Part shown: positions 1 through 13,495 of the stretch, piece after piece
How the letters are laid out: each line of letters begins with the position of its first letter
Position numbering within the stretch: position 1 is the stretch's first letter
Assembly (NCBI GenBank): GCA_023213395.1
Contig: CM041465.1
Span: forward strand, 132,749,741-132,813,740
Source of the DNA: Cycas panzhihuaensis
Taxonomy: Eukaryota; Plantae; Cycadophyta
Length of the DNA stretch: 64,000 bases
Direction: 5' to 3'
The notes under the pieces: model-generated
What the model saw: only the letters and a program-made list of their open reading frames with translations
Told to the model about the DNA's origin: nothing
Database searches by the model: none
Program-made: the position numbers and the translations under genes

Positions 1-826
1 TACTTTAGTTTCTAATGCATTTAATAGTTATAAATTTTCTCATCTTTGGTTCCAAAGATTCCTTTGAGTTCCTATCATCATTTTTTTTGCCACTTTAGTA
101 GTGCTTCGGTGCCTTTCCCATATGATGATACATACTTTCCATAGATTTTTGCCCTATGTCACATACTTGGCAGTAGCTTTTCTACTTTGTACTAGTTTAA
201 TGGCACAGATCTTTTAGTTTAGTACTAGTATGATCCATTTTCTATAATAGTTTATTTGGATCATTTCTATATATATTTAGGGATAGTTGATTTAATAGTT
301 GGTATTTGGCAATATCTTTCCCTTAAGAGTTGAGCAGTCGCTAATATTTTCGACACTTCTACAGGTTTTTAGATCTCATCCTTAGTTAGTCTACTTCAAT
401 ATTTGATTGATGCTTTGCAATGATTAGATCTGTAACCTTAGTTTAAGTTTGTGGTGGTCAACATATCTCAACATTTTCTCAAAGAATCTATAGTTCATAG
501 GACATACAATTATAACTTTCTATTATAATCTTCAAAGTTTGGTTCTATCTTCTAAATAATATCTTCTAATTCTTTGGCAATTCTAAATTTGTTCCAAAGA
601 TGATTGTAGATTAGTTTAATTATTAAACTATCATGCATTTATTTGATCTTTGAGACACCTCCTTATTCCTTTCTAAGGCCTTCCATTATTTTAGATTTAG
701 AATGTGGGCTTTAGATCACTTTAATAGTGTCCTTTTAGATTCAACTTGCCATGTACTTCTATTACCATCACATCTTCAATAGTGGTTTACTCTTAGAAGT
801 ACTATGTTTAGTTATTGGTTGATTAT

Positions 827-1937
827 TGATCTGAATCTTGAATGGGAAAGTGAAAACTTTAACCAATTGAAACAAAATCCAGAATAATTTACATTATTAT
901 TACATAGAATTGTAAATATTTAGAATTTTTCTTACAAAACTCGTCTTGTTTATGCTCTATTGAGCATGCATGGGACTGCTATAGTGTTTTGGGAGAGAGA
1001 AACTGAGTGTTGGGTGCTCCTTGAGCTGCTACTCATTCACTGAAACCTCTGTCTCGAAGTCTGCAAAACGTTTTTTGGTTATTTATTACCAAAAACCCCT
1101 TTTTTGGTGAAGAAAAACTGGCTAGCATCTCTTTCGGGGACTGCTGCAACTTCTATCTTCTCCACTCGGCTACAACTATGATCTTCTGGGCTCCTTCACG
1201 ATCCCCGCAATAGGTTTTTCTGTTGTGTTTCCATCTTATTCTCTCCCAACGCAGATTTTCACTTTCTAGAGTTGTTCTCTTTCTGGAAAAGTGATTTTCT
1301 CGAAGCTTTCCTCGAATCTTGCTCTGTGCTACATCTAGGGCTACGGCGCCCTCCTTGTCCTAACAAAAATCTCTGTCAAGATCCCCCGAATTTCTCCCTA
1401 AAATTTTACTTAAAAGCGTTTTCATTTGGGGCTATTTTTCTGTTTTTTCTATTTTCTAATGGGTTTCAAAATGGCTTATGAAATCTTAGAAAAATCTTTT
1501 TATTTTGGAGTTTTTCCTCTTTAAATGTATAGAGGACACGTGTGCGTAGCCTCTCCTCAAATTTCGTGTGAAACGGATCCCGTTTGCATCACCAAAATCA
1601 TTTCCATTTTTCTTATTTTTTTGTTTTTTGACTTTTGCGTAGCAGTCGCCTCAGTTACGTAGCAGTCGCCTCAGTTGTGTAGCGATGGCAAGACCTACGT
1701 AGTGTGATGACTTGTAGCACTGCGTAGTCGTAGCACTTGCGTAGCACCTTGGTAGCAATTGTAGCACCTTTTTGCACTCGTAGAAATACATTTTTTTACA
1801 TTTTTTAAGCTTTTTAAAGGCATGTTTCTACTAAATGAAGACCATTAAGCCTTTTTTAAGGTAATTTTCTACTACATAAAGACCATTTACATGAAAAACA
1901 AAGTATTTAGAGTATTTTAAAGATTTGAAATGGATCA
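827..1937 (-). repeat. 3' LTR of element 827-7767
   Basis: Aligns with 6662-7767; adjacent to the PPT. Confidence 0.95.
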
Positions 1938-1976
1938 GAACTCTCCTTTTTTAGGAGTTCATGGCCTCATGAACTT

Positions 1977-4900
1977 TACAGTTGCAGATGAGGAAATTTG
2001 ATTTTCCCTATCTCCTTATTGTACCATTTTACTTTACTAAGTACTTGTCCTTGCTCTGCAATTCTGAAGGACTCAGTTATGCCTCTTCGAGTCTCAGTCT
2101 ACTTCCTTTAAAGAATGCAATCATTTTGCATTGGTTCCTCTTTCTCTATCTGCAACTCCTCTGGGTTTGATAAGAGTGGAACTCCGTCTTCATCTTCATC
2201 CAATATGGAGGGCTTAAACATCTTCAGATTTTCAACATTCACTACGGAATACATCTTCATGAATTCTAGAAGTTCAAGCTAGAAAGCATTTTTCCCAATT
2301 TTCTTCAAGATTATAAAAGGACCATATCGTAAAGGCTTTAGTTTTTTACCTTCACCTTGCAATCTTTTCTTACTGAGGTGCAACCAAACTCTATCTCCTT
2401 CCTTAAAGGAATGGCTGGTTCTATGTGCATCATGGTGCTGCTTGTGTCTTTGTTGAGATTTTTGAAGCTGCTCTTCAACCTGTTGATGGATTTTTCTGAT
2501 TCTTTCTAAGAATCTTTGTGTCTTTACATCTCCTTCTTCTTCCTTTCCATTTTCTGTAGAAAATTGAGCAGAGAATTCTAGATCGAAAGGACTTGCAGGC
2601 AGAAATCCCAAACATACCTCAAATGGTGATTTCTAGGTTGAGCTATGGATAGCTCTGTTGAATGCAAATTGCAAGTATGGGAGACTTTCATCCCAAGTCT
2701 TAGGATACTTGGCATTGTATCCTCATAATAGCTATACCAATGTCCTATTGACAACTTCAGTCTGGCCGTCTATTTGAGGATGAAAAGCCGTGCTCATCTT
2801 CAGCTTCGTATCCATCATTCCCCAAAGTGTTTACCAAAAATGACTCAGAATCTACTATCTCGATCAGAAATGATTGAGTTGGGAAGTCCAAAATACTTCC
2901 AAACATGCTAGAAAAATAATCTAAATATGTCTTCTCCTGTATGTGTCTTCCTATAGGGAATCAATATCACCATTTTACCGAACCGATCAACAACAACAAA
3001 TAAATAATCCATACCATTTTTGGTTTGTGGTAGTCCTCCCAGAAAATCCATGGAGATACTTTCCCATGGTCATGATGGAACAGAAAGTGAAATGTACAAT
3101 CCAAACTTCCTATTGGCCGCCTTTGATGTGCTACATAATGTACACCCTTGTATTGCTGTAGTCACATCTTGCTACATATTTGGCCAATACATATATCACT
3201 ACAAGTTTAGCAACGTCTTTCCCACTCCAAAGTGTCCTGCAACTAAAGAGGTATGAACTTCTCTTATCCACTTCATTCGGTCTGCATGCTTTAGAATGCA
3301 AAGCTTGTCTTGCTTGCAAAGAAGTCCATCTTTCAGCTGGAAATTAGCAACTACTTTTCCTTGCTATAGCTACTCAAAGATAGGCTTGAATGCCTCATCT
3401 TTCAAATACAAATCAACATATTCATCATGGCAGAAAGGTTGAAATTGCATAGCTACCAACAAACTTGAATTACCTTACTGTTAAGGAGGTCTAGACAATA
3501 AGTCTGTAATCTTATTCATCGTTCCTTTCTTATATTTAACCACAATGTGAAACTGCTACAAATAGGACATCCACTTTATGTGCCTAGCCTGCTGCAACTT
3601 GGACTGAGTCTACAAAAATTATAAAGGCATGTGGTCGATGTGGATGACTACTTCTTTTCCTAACAAATAAGGTCTCCAATGCTTCATGGCTTGGTGCAAT
3701 GTATAGAGCTCCTTATCGTAAGTTAGGTAATTTATGACAGCTCCATTAAATGTCTCAGAATGGTATGCTATTGGTTTTCCTTCTTGCTTCAATACTACTC
3801 CCATGGCATAGCCTGAAGCATCAGTCTCCAATTCAAATGGCTTTTGCAGCGAGGGTAAAGCTAACACTAGTGCCTCATAAATTTTCTATTTCAAAAGCCT
3901 GAAAGCTTTTTCTTGTTCATTCTCCCAATGAAACTTTGCATGTCCTCCCATCAATGCATGAAAAGGTGCTGCAATTTGAGAGAATCTAAAAATAAATTTT
4001 CTTAAATATTAACATGCACCAATGAAACTTCTTACCTCTGTGGTTGTCTTGGGTGTGGGCCAATTGAGAATGACTTTGATCTTTGCTAGGTCAATCTCCA
4101 ATTCCCCTCCTCCAACCATGAAACCTAAGAAGACAAGAGATTACTTTCCAAACTCGCACTTCTTTAGATTTAGTTTTAACTGCTGCTCTTAGAGAACTTT
4201 GAGCACTTGCTCAACATGTTAGAGGTGCTCCTCCCATGTATGGCTAAAAATTAAAATATCATCTAGATAAACAATTATAAAGTCATCAATGAAGGGTCTT
4301 AATACCTCATGAAGGTGGCAGGTACATTACACAGACCAAATGGCATCACCAACCATTCGAACAATCCTTGCTTTGATTTGAAGGCTATCTTCCAAGTATC
4401 CTCCTCTCAGATTCAAACCTAATGGTAGCTTGATTTTAGGTCCATTTTACTGAAATATCTTACCGACTGCAGCTGGTCCAACAAGTCATCTATCCGTGGT
4501 AAGGGATGTCTATTCTTTATGGCAATCTTGTTCAAAGCTCGGTAGTTAATGCACATTCTCCATCCTCCATCTTTCTTTGGCACCAAAATAATAGGTAATC
4601 CACATGGGGAACAACTCGGTTTAATCACTCCTTGTTCCAAGAGTTCTTGAATCTGCCTCTTAATCTCTTCATTCTCCAAAACTGAGTTTCGATAGAGACT
4701 AAGATTCGGCAAAGGTGAATCAGCAACCAGTTGGATTTCATGTTCAATTGCCCTTTTAAGGGGCGGCCCTTTTGGCTCTTAGAATACGTCACTATACCTA
4801 TTCCTTAGGCCTTCAATCTACTGCACTTGCTTCCTATCCAATGCCTATATTGAGGACTCTGCTTGCTCATTTTCTTCCACCTTTGGCTTTATCATCAGGA

Positions 4901-6461
4901 GCACAAACTTCCTACAAGCATTAATTAATCTTTTCGCTTGTTGGGAAGATATGAGAGAAATCTTCTTCTGTGGCTTTAATGCATTGATCAGAAATAATCT
5001 CCCGTCCTTGATGAGTCAAATCTTTATCAACCTCCTATGATGAACTCCATCTCTATCATAGAGATATGGGCTGCCAAACACAACTTGACAAACATCCAAA
5101 GGGACTACTTCACATTCAACTTCATCAATGAACTTTTCAGAACTTACAAATTTAAACTTACATTAGTGAGTAACCTGCAATTCTGAATCTTTTTGCAACC
5201 ATCCAAGAGGATATGGTTTTGGATGTGCATGCATTTTTAATCCCAGTTTCTTTACCAATGCTTCTGAGATTAAATTCTTTTGGCTTCCTCCATCAAAGAT
5301 GGCATCAACCATGCTTTGCTTCACTTGGATTCTTACCATGAAGAGATCCTCTCTAATCTCTGGATCAACTTGCTGATGGTTATTTCCAGGCTCCGCATTA
5401 GCCATGAGCATCAACTTCTCATTAGCTTCTTCAATGCCACAAACATTTTTATCACTTATAGAGTTAAGTAAAGTTTTACCTTCAGTTTTAACTTTACCTT
5501 TCCCCTTGTTCTTGGGTCATTTCTCTAGGTGTAGAAACCAACAATCTTCTCTGTGTGACCCTCGCTTGCAATGAGTACAAGTGATTTTGATTTGGGTCGT
5601 ATTGGCTTGTTTCATCTTACCAAAACCCCTAATGGATTGTTGTCCAACTTTACCTGGAAACTTCATTCCTTGGGCAAGTTTGTTGCTACCTTCTGGAGGT
5701 GCAAACCTTTTCCTTTCGGCAAAAACCTTCTTATTCCTCTTTTCTATGGCAATCGCCTTCTTGCTGGCTTCATCGAGCGATTTGACTTCGAACAGTTGAA
5801 GTTCTTGCTAAATATGTTGGTGCAGTCCTCCAATATACTTTAGCATCATGTCTTTGCCCAATAAAGAGATGCCCAACACAACAGCTTACTTTTAAAATTC
5901 TGTTGTATAATCTTGGACATTTTGGCCTCTTTCCTGTCGGTAATATTGCCATTTAATCATCTGTTGCTCTTCATATCCAATAGGATAGAATTGCTTCTTT
6001 ATGAGGATTTTAAATTGCTGCCATGTAATTTCACTTATATTATGGGATTTAAGGTATGCATTCCACCAAACTAATGCATGTTTAGATAATTTTAACCTAG
6101 CAAAAGTTATTTTTTGCTGGTTTTTATACCCATAAATGGAAAAATAAGTTTCTACTTGGTCCAACCAACTATCTAATTTTTTGGCATCCAACATTCCATC
6201 ATAGATGGGCAATTCAAGTTTTGCCTCTACCTTGAATGGATGTGTGAATACTGCTAGATTTTTATCTTCATCATTTTCTTGTTGGTCTTCTACGAGCTCT
6301 TCATTCGTTTCCTTTTTCATTGGTTTATCTTCTTCCTTCTTTATACCTTTGGCTATTGAAGAAGATGTTACAACTAGTTACGCCATAAGCTGGGTTAGCC
6401 TATCGAGGTTTTGCTCCATCTTCACGAACCTTTCCTCCATCTTCTATTCTGGATCAGCCAT
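1977..6461 (-). pseudogene. Disrupted gag-pol (gag, protease, RT, RNase H, integrase, divergent chromodomain-like tail)
   Basis: ORF fragments: 5892-6320 gag (LPIYDG..LDSWLDQVETYF); 5163-5414 protease (AIFDGGSQKNLIS); 4419-4712 RT ([29 protein letters not shown]); 3619-3867 RNase H (ETDASGYAMG, YDKELY); 2279-2611 integrase C-term (KLKPLRYGPF). Many TAA/TAG/TGA stops. Start coordinate approximate. Confidence 0.9.
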
Positions 6462-6661
6462 CTTCCTTCACTGTTTTCTTTCTCTCTCAAGAGGTTCGGT
6501 TAATGGTTCACCTGTTAACAAATATTGATATCTAGTTTTTATAAAAACTTCCACAATGAAAGCAAGAGGTTTTATTTTTTTTTTCTTTTCTTTTCTTTCT
6601 TTTTCTTTAAAATCCCTAAAATCCCAAGGGTTTCAAGAAACTAGCTCTGATACCAAAATAT

Positions 6662-7767
6662 TGATCTGAATCTTGAATGGGAAAGTGAAAACTTTAACCA
6701 ATTGAAACAAAATCCAGAACAATTTACATTATTATTACATAGAATTGCAAATATTTAGAATTTTTCTTACAAAACTCCTCTTGTTTGTGCTCTATTGAGC
6801 ATGCATGGGACTGTTATAACGTTTTGGGAAAGAGAAACTGAGTGCTGGGTGCTCCTTAGGCTGCTACTCGTTTATTGGAACCTCTGTCTCGAAGTCTGCA
6901 AAACGTTTTTTTGTCATTTATTACCAAAAACCCCTTTTTTGGTGAAGGAAAACTAGCTAGCGTCTCTTTCTGGGACTGTTGCAACTTCTATCTTCTCCAC
7001 TCGGTTACAACTACGATCTTCTGGGCTCCTTCACGATCCTTGCAACAGGTTTTTCCGCTATGTTTCCATCTTGTTCTCTCCCAACGCAGAATTTCACTTT
7101 CTGGAGCCGTTCTCTTTCCAAAAAAGTGATTTTCTCGAAGCTTCCCTCGAATCTTGCTCCATGCTGCATCTAGGGCTACGGTGTCCTCCTTTTCCTGACA
7201 AAAATCTATGTCGAGATCCCATAAATTCCTCCCCATAATTTCACTTAAAAGTGTTTTCATTTGGGGTTATTTTTCCATTTTCTAATGGGTTTCAAAACAG
7301 CTTGTGAAATCTTAGAAAAATCTTTTTATTTTGGAGTTTTTCCTCTTTAAATGTATAGAGGACACGTGTGCGTACCCTCTCCTTAAATTTCGTGTGAAAC
7401 GGATCCTGTTTGCACCGCCAAAATCATTTCCGTTTTTCTTATTTTTTTATTTTTTGACTTTTGCGTAGCAATTACATGATTGCGTAGCGATCGCCTCGAT
7501 TCACGTAGCACTGCAGAGTAATGACACTGACAGAAAGTGTGATGACCTATGTAGCACCTACATAACAGTCATAGCACCTTGGTAGCATTTGTAGCACCTT
7601 TTTGCACTTGTAGAAATACATTTTTTTACATTTTTTAAGCCTTTTAAAGGCATGTTTCTACTAAATGAAGACCATTAAGCCTTTTTTAAGGCAATTTTCT
7701 ATTACATAAAGACCATTTACATGAAAGATAAAGTATTTAGAGTATTTTAAAGATCCGAAATGGATCA
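6662..7767 (-). repeat. 5' LTR of element 827-7767
   Basis: Aligns with 827-1937; next to PBS 6644-6655 (6-nt gap). Confidence 0.95.
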
Positions 7768-9448
7768 ATTATTGCCTTCCACTTTTATTCTAGATCTTTC
7801 TAGTAATGGAGATTCCAACATAACATTATCTTCATCACTTCAAATGTCTTTGGCACCATCTTCTTTAAGGATATTGCTTCAAATTTTTAATGTTTTAGAT
7901 ATTGACATTTTAATTTATCAGATTTAACATCAAACTTTTAGTGGTCATCTTTAGCCTTGATAAACTTCAATACCTATAGAACATTATGTTGATGTAAACA
8001 TTATACTTAAGTTTTCATAAGTCCTTAGAGCACTTTCCCCTTTAAATTTCTATATTTTGCCTTTGTAAAATCCCTTTTTGGTGGAGTTATATTTAAATGT
8101 TAAGGGGGCCTTAATTCATTGTGTAATTAATGATGGAGTTAAGAATTCTCATCGGTTCATTTTATAAATGGCCAAATGAACATACCAACCAAATGTAATG
8201 TATAAATATTGCATAATTTTAATAAAATAGGTTGGATTTTAGAGTTTAGAATGAAGGCATATAATATGTAATTTAATAATTTTCTACTTATCTCCTCATT
8301 GTCCTCGTTCTTCTTATTTTTTATAATTTGCCTACATATGTGAGAAAGAAAAGTACTAGTTAGCACACACAATACACAAGATAATAAAGGATTACTTTGA
8401 AGGGAAGATGTAAGGAAGAGAGATGAGACCATCAATAGCTAGAGTAATCTTAAGTATGTAATTAAACCTTTCATTTAATATTAAAAAGAAGAAAAAATAA
8501 TGTTGTGCTCCTCATATTGGCTTCCTTTTGGTGTCTAAAATCTAATGTCCATATCAGCATTATTTTATCATTACTTAATGCACATAAATGTTCATCCTCA
8601 TTTTCTTATGAATTTTACTCATTATATAATCCATGGAATTTATCTTCAATTTGCCCAATCTCATTTATGAATGAGGTCCTTCCTTATGATGTTTGGTTGA
8701 CCTTTGCTAGTTTATATAACAGTTTTTATTATATTCCATCTAATCACATATTTGTCATTCATTGAGTTGCATGTTTAATTCTCACTTAAACACATCATGT
8801 TTCCCCTTATTTGCACACTCTTTAGATGATTATTTGTCTTGTTAGTAGTGCAATTATTTCTAATCCAAGACATATTATTCATAGGGAAGTATTTTGTTTA
8901 GATTATATCCTATTAAGATGTTTCTTAAGCATTCAATTAATATATATTTATAAAATCCTTTATATATATTCCTTCTCTTAACTCAATCAACAACTTGAAT
9001 TGTGGATGATATTAGCAGTGGGTATGTTTTAGCTTATGCTTCGTATTATCATCAGATTTGTCTTGTTTCATGCTTAACACTAATTATTTATTCATTTTAG
9101 ATTGTGTATAGCCTTAATATTATTTGATATATCTTAAATTTTTATATGTTACTTGCATTTAGTATACCTTGGTTTGTGTTTTATTAGAAATATATGACAG
9201 GCCCAAGATCATATAATAACTTTGATACCAAATGTAAAAATATGTAACTAGGACTATGAACTATAAAGTAATATGAGTGAGCAAAAATAATCAAATGTGT
9301 ACAAACACATAATATAATATACTTATGGGAAATAATCATATCTAAATTGTACTATGATAAATCAATACATATTTATAGTACACACCACCTCATAGTTGTA
9401 CAGTCATAATCCAGGAGCGACTTAGTTAACTAATCACCTATAACATTT

Positions 9449-9584
<136 letters not shown>

Positions 9585-9912
9585 CCCCCTAGTGCACATC
9601 AAAGGAAAAATTACATCAATTTAATAATATCATGGGTTTAACATTCCCACCTTAATGTTTAACCATATCACATAGTTGCTTAAATGTGATGTTAGGTCCA
9701 TATAAAATTTAAACATCTATCAGATCATATGGGTAACTAGTCGTTATGCCCATCAATCCTTTAGAATGTCATTTATGCACATAATTCAGTAATATTTGCC
9801 TACCAATCAACATGTGCCTACTTTTATTTTGATTATTTCTAGCTCTCCTACACCCCAAGAATAAAACCTAGTTGAAAACCCTTAGCTCCATCTATTATAC
9901 CATGGAAAGAAT

Positions 9913-10019
9913 TGTTAAAATATATAACAAAATTATTCCGATACCATGTTAAAATACATAACAAAATTGCTCTAATATCATATTAAAAATATATGTGGAA
10001 TAGAATTTGTCTGATACCA
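9913..10019 (-). repeat. Tandem array of PBS(Met)+LTR-end-like units (34, 34, 39 nt)
   Basis: Units TGTTAAAATATATAACAAAATTATTCCGATACCA / TGTTAAAATACATAACAAAATTGCTCTAATATCA / TATTAAAAATATATGTGGAATAGAATTTGTCTGATACCA. Confidence 0.75.
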
Positions 10020-10321
10020 TAATAAAGTATTAAGAATATTGAGATTAGCATGAATTCCATAATATGAAAGATGCAATAATAATGAACTAATGAGTATGCA
10101 CACTTAATGAATCAATCAACAAGAATATTAAATTTCAACCATGTAAAATAAGCATTCACCAAGCATAAGCATCACCATAAGATAGACACTAAGACGTATA
10201 TATAGAAAACCCATTATGGAAAAAACCATGGGAGAAGGTGGAGTTAGAACTCCACTTATGATCATAAGGTTTACATCTTTCTCCTCTCTCCTTCGCCAAA
10301 ATCTCAAGTGGTGTGTGTGCA

Positions 10322-10368
<47 letters not shown>

Positions 10369-10575
10369 ATATCGTGAGAACACCTCATGAGTAGCCTATC
10401 AAATATTATGAGACTTTACATCATCTAATAATGGAATAACATGGATAAGTGTGCATCTCACATATCTGGATATATATAAATGGTAGGAAGTGTATGCATA
10501 ATAAACCCATATTAAATATTATCCCTTTGATATATACTATGATAAATAATAAACCCATAATAAATATTATCCATT
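10020..10575 (-). mobile_element. Probable isolated LTR (copia-like) abutting the PBS array; contains (TA)n at 10328-10365
   Basis: Follows a PBS directly. Contains GAAAACCCATTATGGAAAAAACCA, similar to the reverse of the GGTTTTC..AAGGGTTTC motif in LTRs 16317/19906. Right end uncertain. Confidence 0.4.
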
Positions 10576-12790
10576 ATGATAAAATAGTTAATTAAGCAAA
10601 AGCATATGATAAAATACTTTTTTCTTAGGCATAGGCTCCAATTTAATATCTTATCAAACCAACATCAAGCCATTAAAACTACCATGAAAATTGTTCAAAT
10701 CATATCATATGACTACTGATTGGAAAGCCCTGTGAGTCATCTTTTCAATGTAATTAATGACATTTAGTCCTGACACCATTAAAGGGAAATATCAATGTTT
10801 TAATGAGCATAGGTATAAAAAATGATGAAAATTATGAAAAATACGCATTAGCCCCTTCGCAATTAGCTCTTGGTTGTCCATATGACCTCCTTTAAGGTCT
10901 AAAAGGATTTGAAATATTATATAAGATAATTTAATCACTTATGATATTTTTAAATATTAGGATATCAAAAAAAAAAAAAAAAAGACTCCACTCTCATGGC
11001 AATATGTACATGACTTGATGATAGATAAGCGATAAAAGAACATGCATTTGACTATATATTTCTCATGATCAGTATGAGTAATTAAAAATCTAAGACCATA
11101 ACAATATTTTGGATAGTATAGAAGCCCCATAGATACAAAAATTTGCTAGAAACACATTATAAACATTGAGAAAATCACCCCTCAAAGTAGAGAAATACTC
11201 AAGCCTGTATAATAATTTTTTCTCCATGATCTAGTTGCCCACTTTAGATCTAACCCCATATATGTGTTCTACATCATCTAGTATCCCTCTCCAAAGGAAA
11301 ACAAAAGTATTGAAATATGTTCAAACAATAAGGAAATTTCTCCACAAAATAATTAAATGCCAAAAACTTGCACACACTTTTTTTCCGTGAACTTGTTACC
11401 CATTATAAATTGACTATAGATCTACCTTCCTAATATAATAACAACTTTAACATGTAAAATATGAACTTGAAAACATTCAAGGAAATAGAGAAAATCACCT
11501 CAAACCATAAATATAATCACTATCCAAATGAGCAATCTATAACTAATTCTTTCACTAAAGCAAGCTTTAAAATCTTTAATTTATAATCATATCTCATAAT
11601 CTTCTTCCTTCATGTACCATTAGGAGAAGAAAGTATCATCAGATATCCTCAAATGCTCTTGTTCATGGGGTAACATCCTTTACTAAGAATTCTAATAAAC
11701 ATGATCCTTATTGCACATACACACTATCGACAAAATTCTCTTATAATTATAGTTTCTTAATAGATCAACAAGCTTAACATGTTATAAACCTAATATACTA
11801 ATGTTCTCATATGAGCCCATGCACTATATATTGTGATAAACATGTCGTAAAATGCCCTCATCAACTATGGTCACCTTATCATATGATAAGGGGCAAAATA
11901 GTGGTCTATCTACCATGTCATTAACCTCAATAAGGTGATCAAGCCTACTTTAGAGACCTTATTCTTAGACATACGTGTAACACCTACATATACACTAGTA
12001 AGACATGTATATAACAATCTAAAAAAGAATCAAACCATGTATAAAACTTTCATGGGATTTGAAGTAATCACAACACGTATGCTCCCAATTGGATTTTTAA
12101 TACTCAAGTACCAACATGCTCCAAGCTCATCACACCAACATGCTTGAGGTACTCTATAAAACTACAATTTGAAAGCTTCCATAACCTACAATAAATCTTC
12201 ACTTAATAAATAGACTACCCTCCTCACTCGTCACAAATGGTTATATATAAAAGGAGTCTTAAATTAACGCATTAATAGGTGGATACGCATAATCTTACAG
12301 CTTAACTAAGTTTAAACTAGGCTCAAACCTATGGCTCTGATACCAGTTGCTAGAAATATATGATAAGCTTAGGATCATATAATAACTTTGATACCAAATG
12401 TAAAAACATATAACTAAAACTATGAACTATGAAACCATACAAGTGAACAAATTTGAAAAAATATATGCAAACACACAACATAATATACTTCTAGAAAATG
12501 ATCACTTCCAAATTATATTATAATAAATCGATATATATTTATAATACACACTATCTCAAGGTTGTCCAATCATAATCTAAGAGCCACATAGTTAACTAAT
12601 GACCTACGATATTAAGAAGTATATATATTATGACCCCCTAGTGCACATCAAAGGGAAAATTATATTAATTTAATAATATCATGGGTTCAACATTACCTAA
12701 ACATATTTAACAGTGTTACTTAATTCATTCTATTTCTATTCAATATTAGTGTTAGGTCTCTGTTCTTAGTAGGATTTCCTTTATGCATGC

Positions 12791-12879
12791 TTCTCTCTCT
12801 CTCCCTCTCTAGATATATATCTGTGTGTATGTGTGTGTGTGTACACACACACACACAAACACACACATATATATATATG
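12791..12879. repeat. Compound microsatellite (CT)n(TA)n(TG)n(AC)n(TA)n
   Basis: Direct reading. Confidence 0.9.
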
Positions 12880-13410
12880 CATGATATTATTCTTAATCAA
12901 ATATTATTATGTAACCAAATATAATATTTGAGGATCAACTCAAGCATAATGTCCTTCCTAGGTTTTACCATTTTGCACTTGTTATATATCTACATTTGTA
13001 TAGAGGATCAAATTGATAGTTGATAATATAGTTGAGTGCAACCAATCACAAAGGTCTTGCAAATGCTATTAGAGGAGGGAAGCAACCCTTTTGAAACCTA
13101 TAGAAAATTGAAATAATTGCCTATCATTGCCCTTCCAAACATTGTTCCCTTATTGATATTTCCATGCATATATACTTGTTTCAATAGATCATTTAATCTT
13201 TTATCAAGCATTTATTGATGTTATATATATATTTGTGTTCACCATTTTAACAATGATCTAAATATATTATTTTGTTGATTAATTCAACTTTAATAAATGA
13301 TGTTATTTAATCCTTCTTTTATTATCTAATTAAAGAGTATTTGATGTATTATATTGAATATTTTGACCATTAAAAATAGAATTAATCTTACTTTAGTATA
13401 AAACCTCAAT

Positions 13411-13495
13411 GAGTGAGCTTTGTGCACTGATTAAGGGTGTAGGTTAGGCCTTTAATTAGTAATAGGTCACATGTTCAAGTCTCATTAACTCACCC
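13411..13495 (+). mobile_element. Possible tRNA-derived SINE head / tRNA-like remnant
   Basis: A-box-like TGCACTGATTAAGG, B-box-like GTTCAAGTC (13473-13481), ends GAGTGAG/CTCACCC partly complementary; degenerate. Confidence 0.3.

Larger units (their letters stand above)
827..7767 (-). mobile_element. Full-length, decayed Ty3/gypsy LTR retrotransposon (chromovirus, CRM-like)
   Basis: Direct repeats 827-1937 and 6662-7767 with TGATC...GATCA termini. TSD ATTAT at 822-826 and 7768-7772. PBS-Met (rev. TGGTATCAGAGC) at 6644-6655 and PPT at 1941-1952. Gag-PR-RT-RH-INT order on the - strand. TGAT..ATCA termini are typical of the CRM clade (clade call is inference). Confidence 0.95.

Noticed and set aside
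1-821. Possible very old gag-like remnant on the - strand, continuing at 7773-8100
   Set aside because: Coding-like composition but no motif I can support with confidence
9913-10019. CRISPR-like repeat-spacer array
   Set aside because: Eukaryotic context; the repeats are tRNA-Met PBS motifs, the spacers resemble each other, and there are no cas genes
10128-10388. ORF with IYIYIY run
   Set aside because: Translation of the (TA)n microsatellite
10790-10983. Possible SINE ending in the A-run at 10967-10983
   Set aside because: No convincing A/B boxes or TSD
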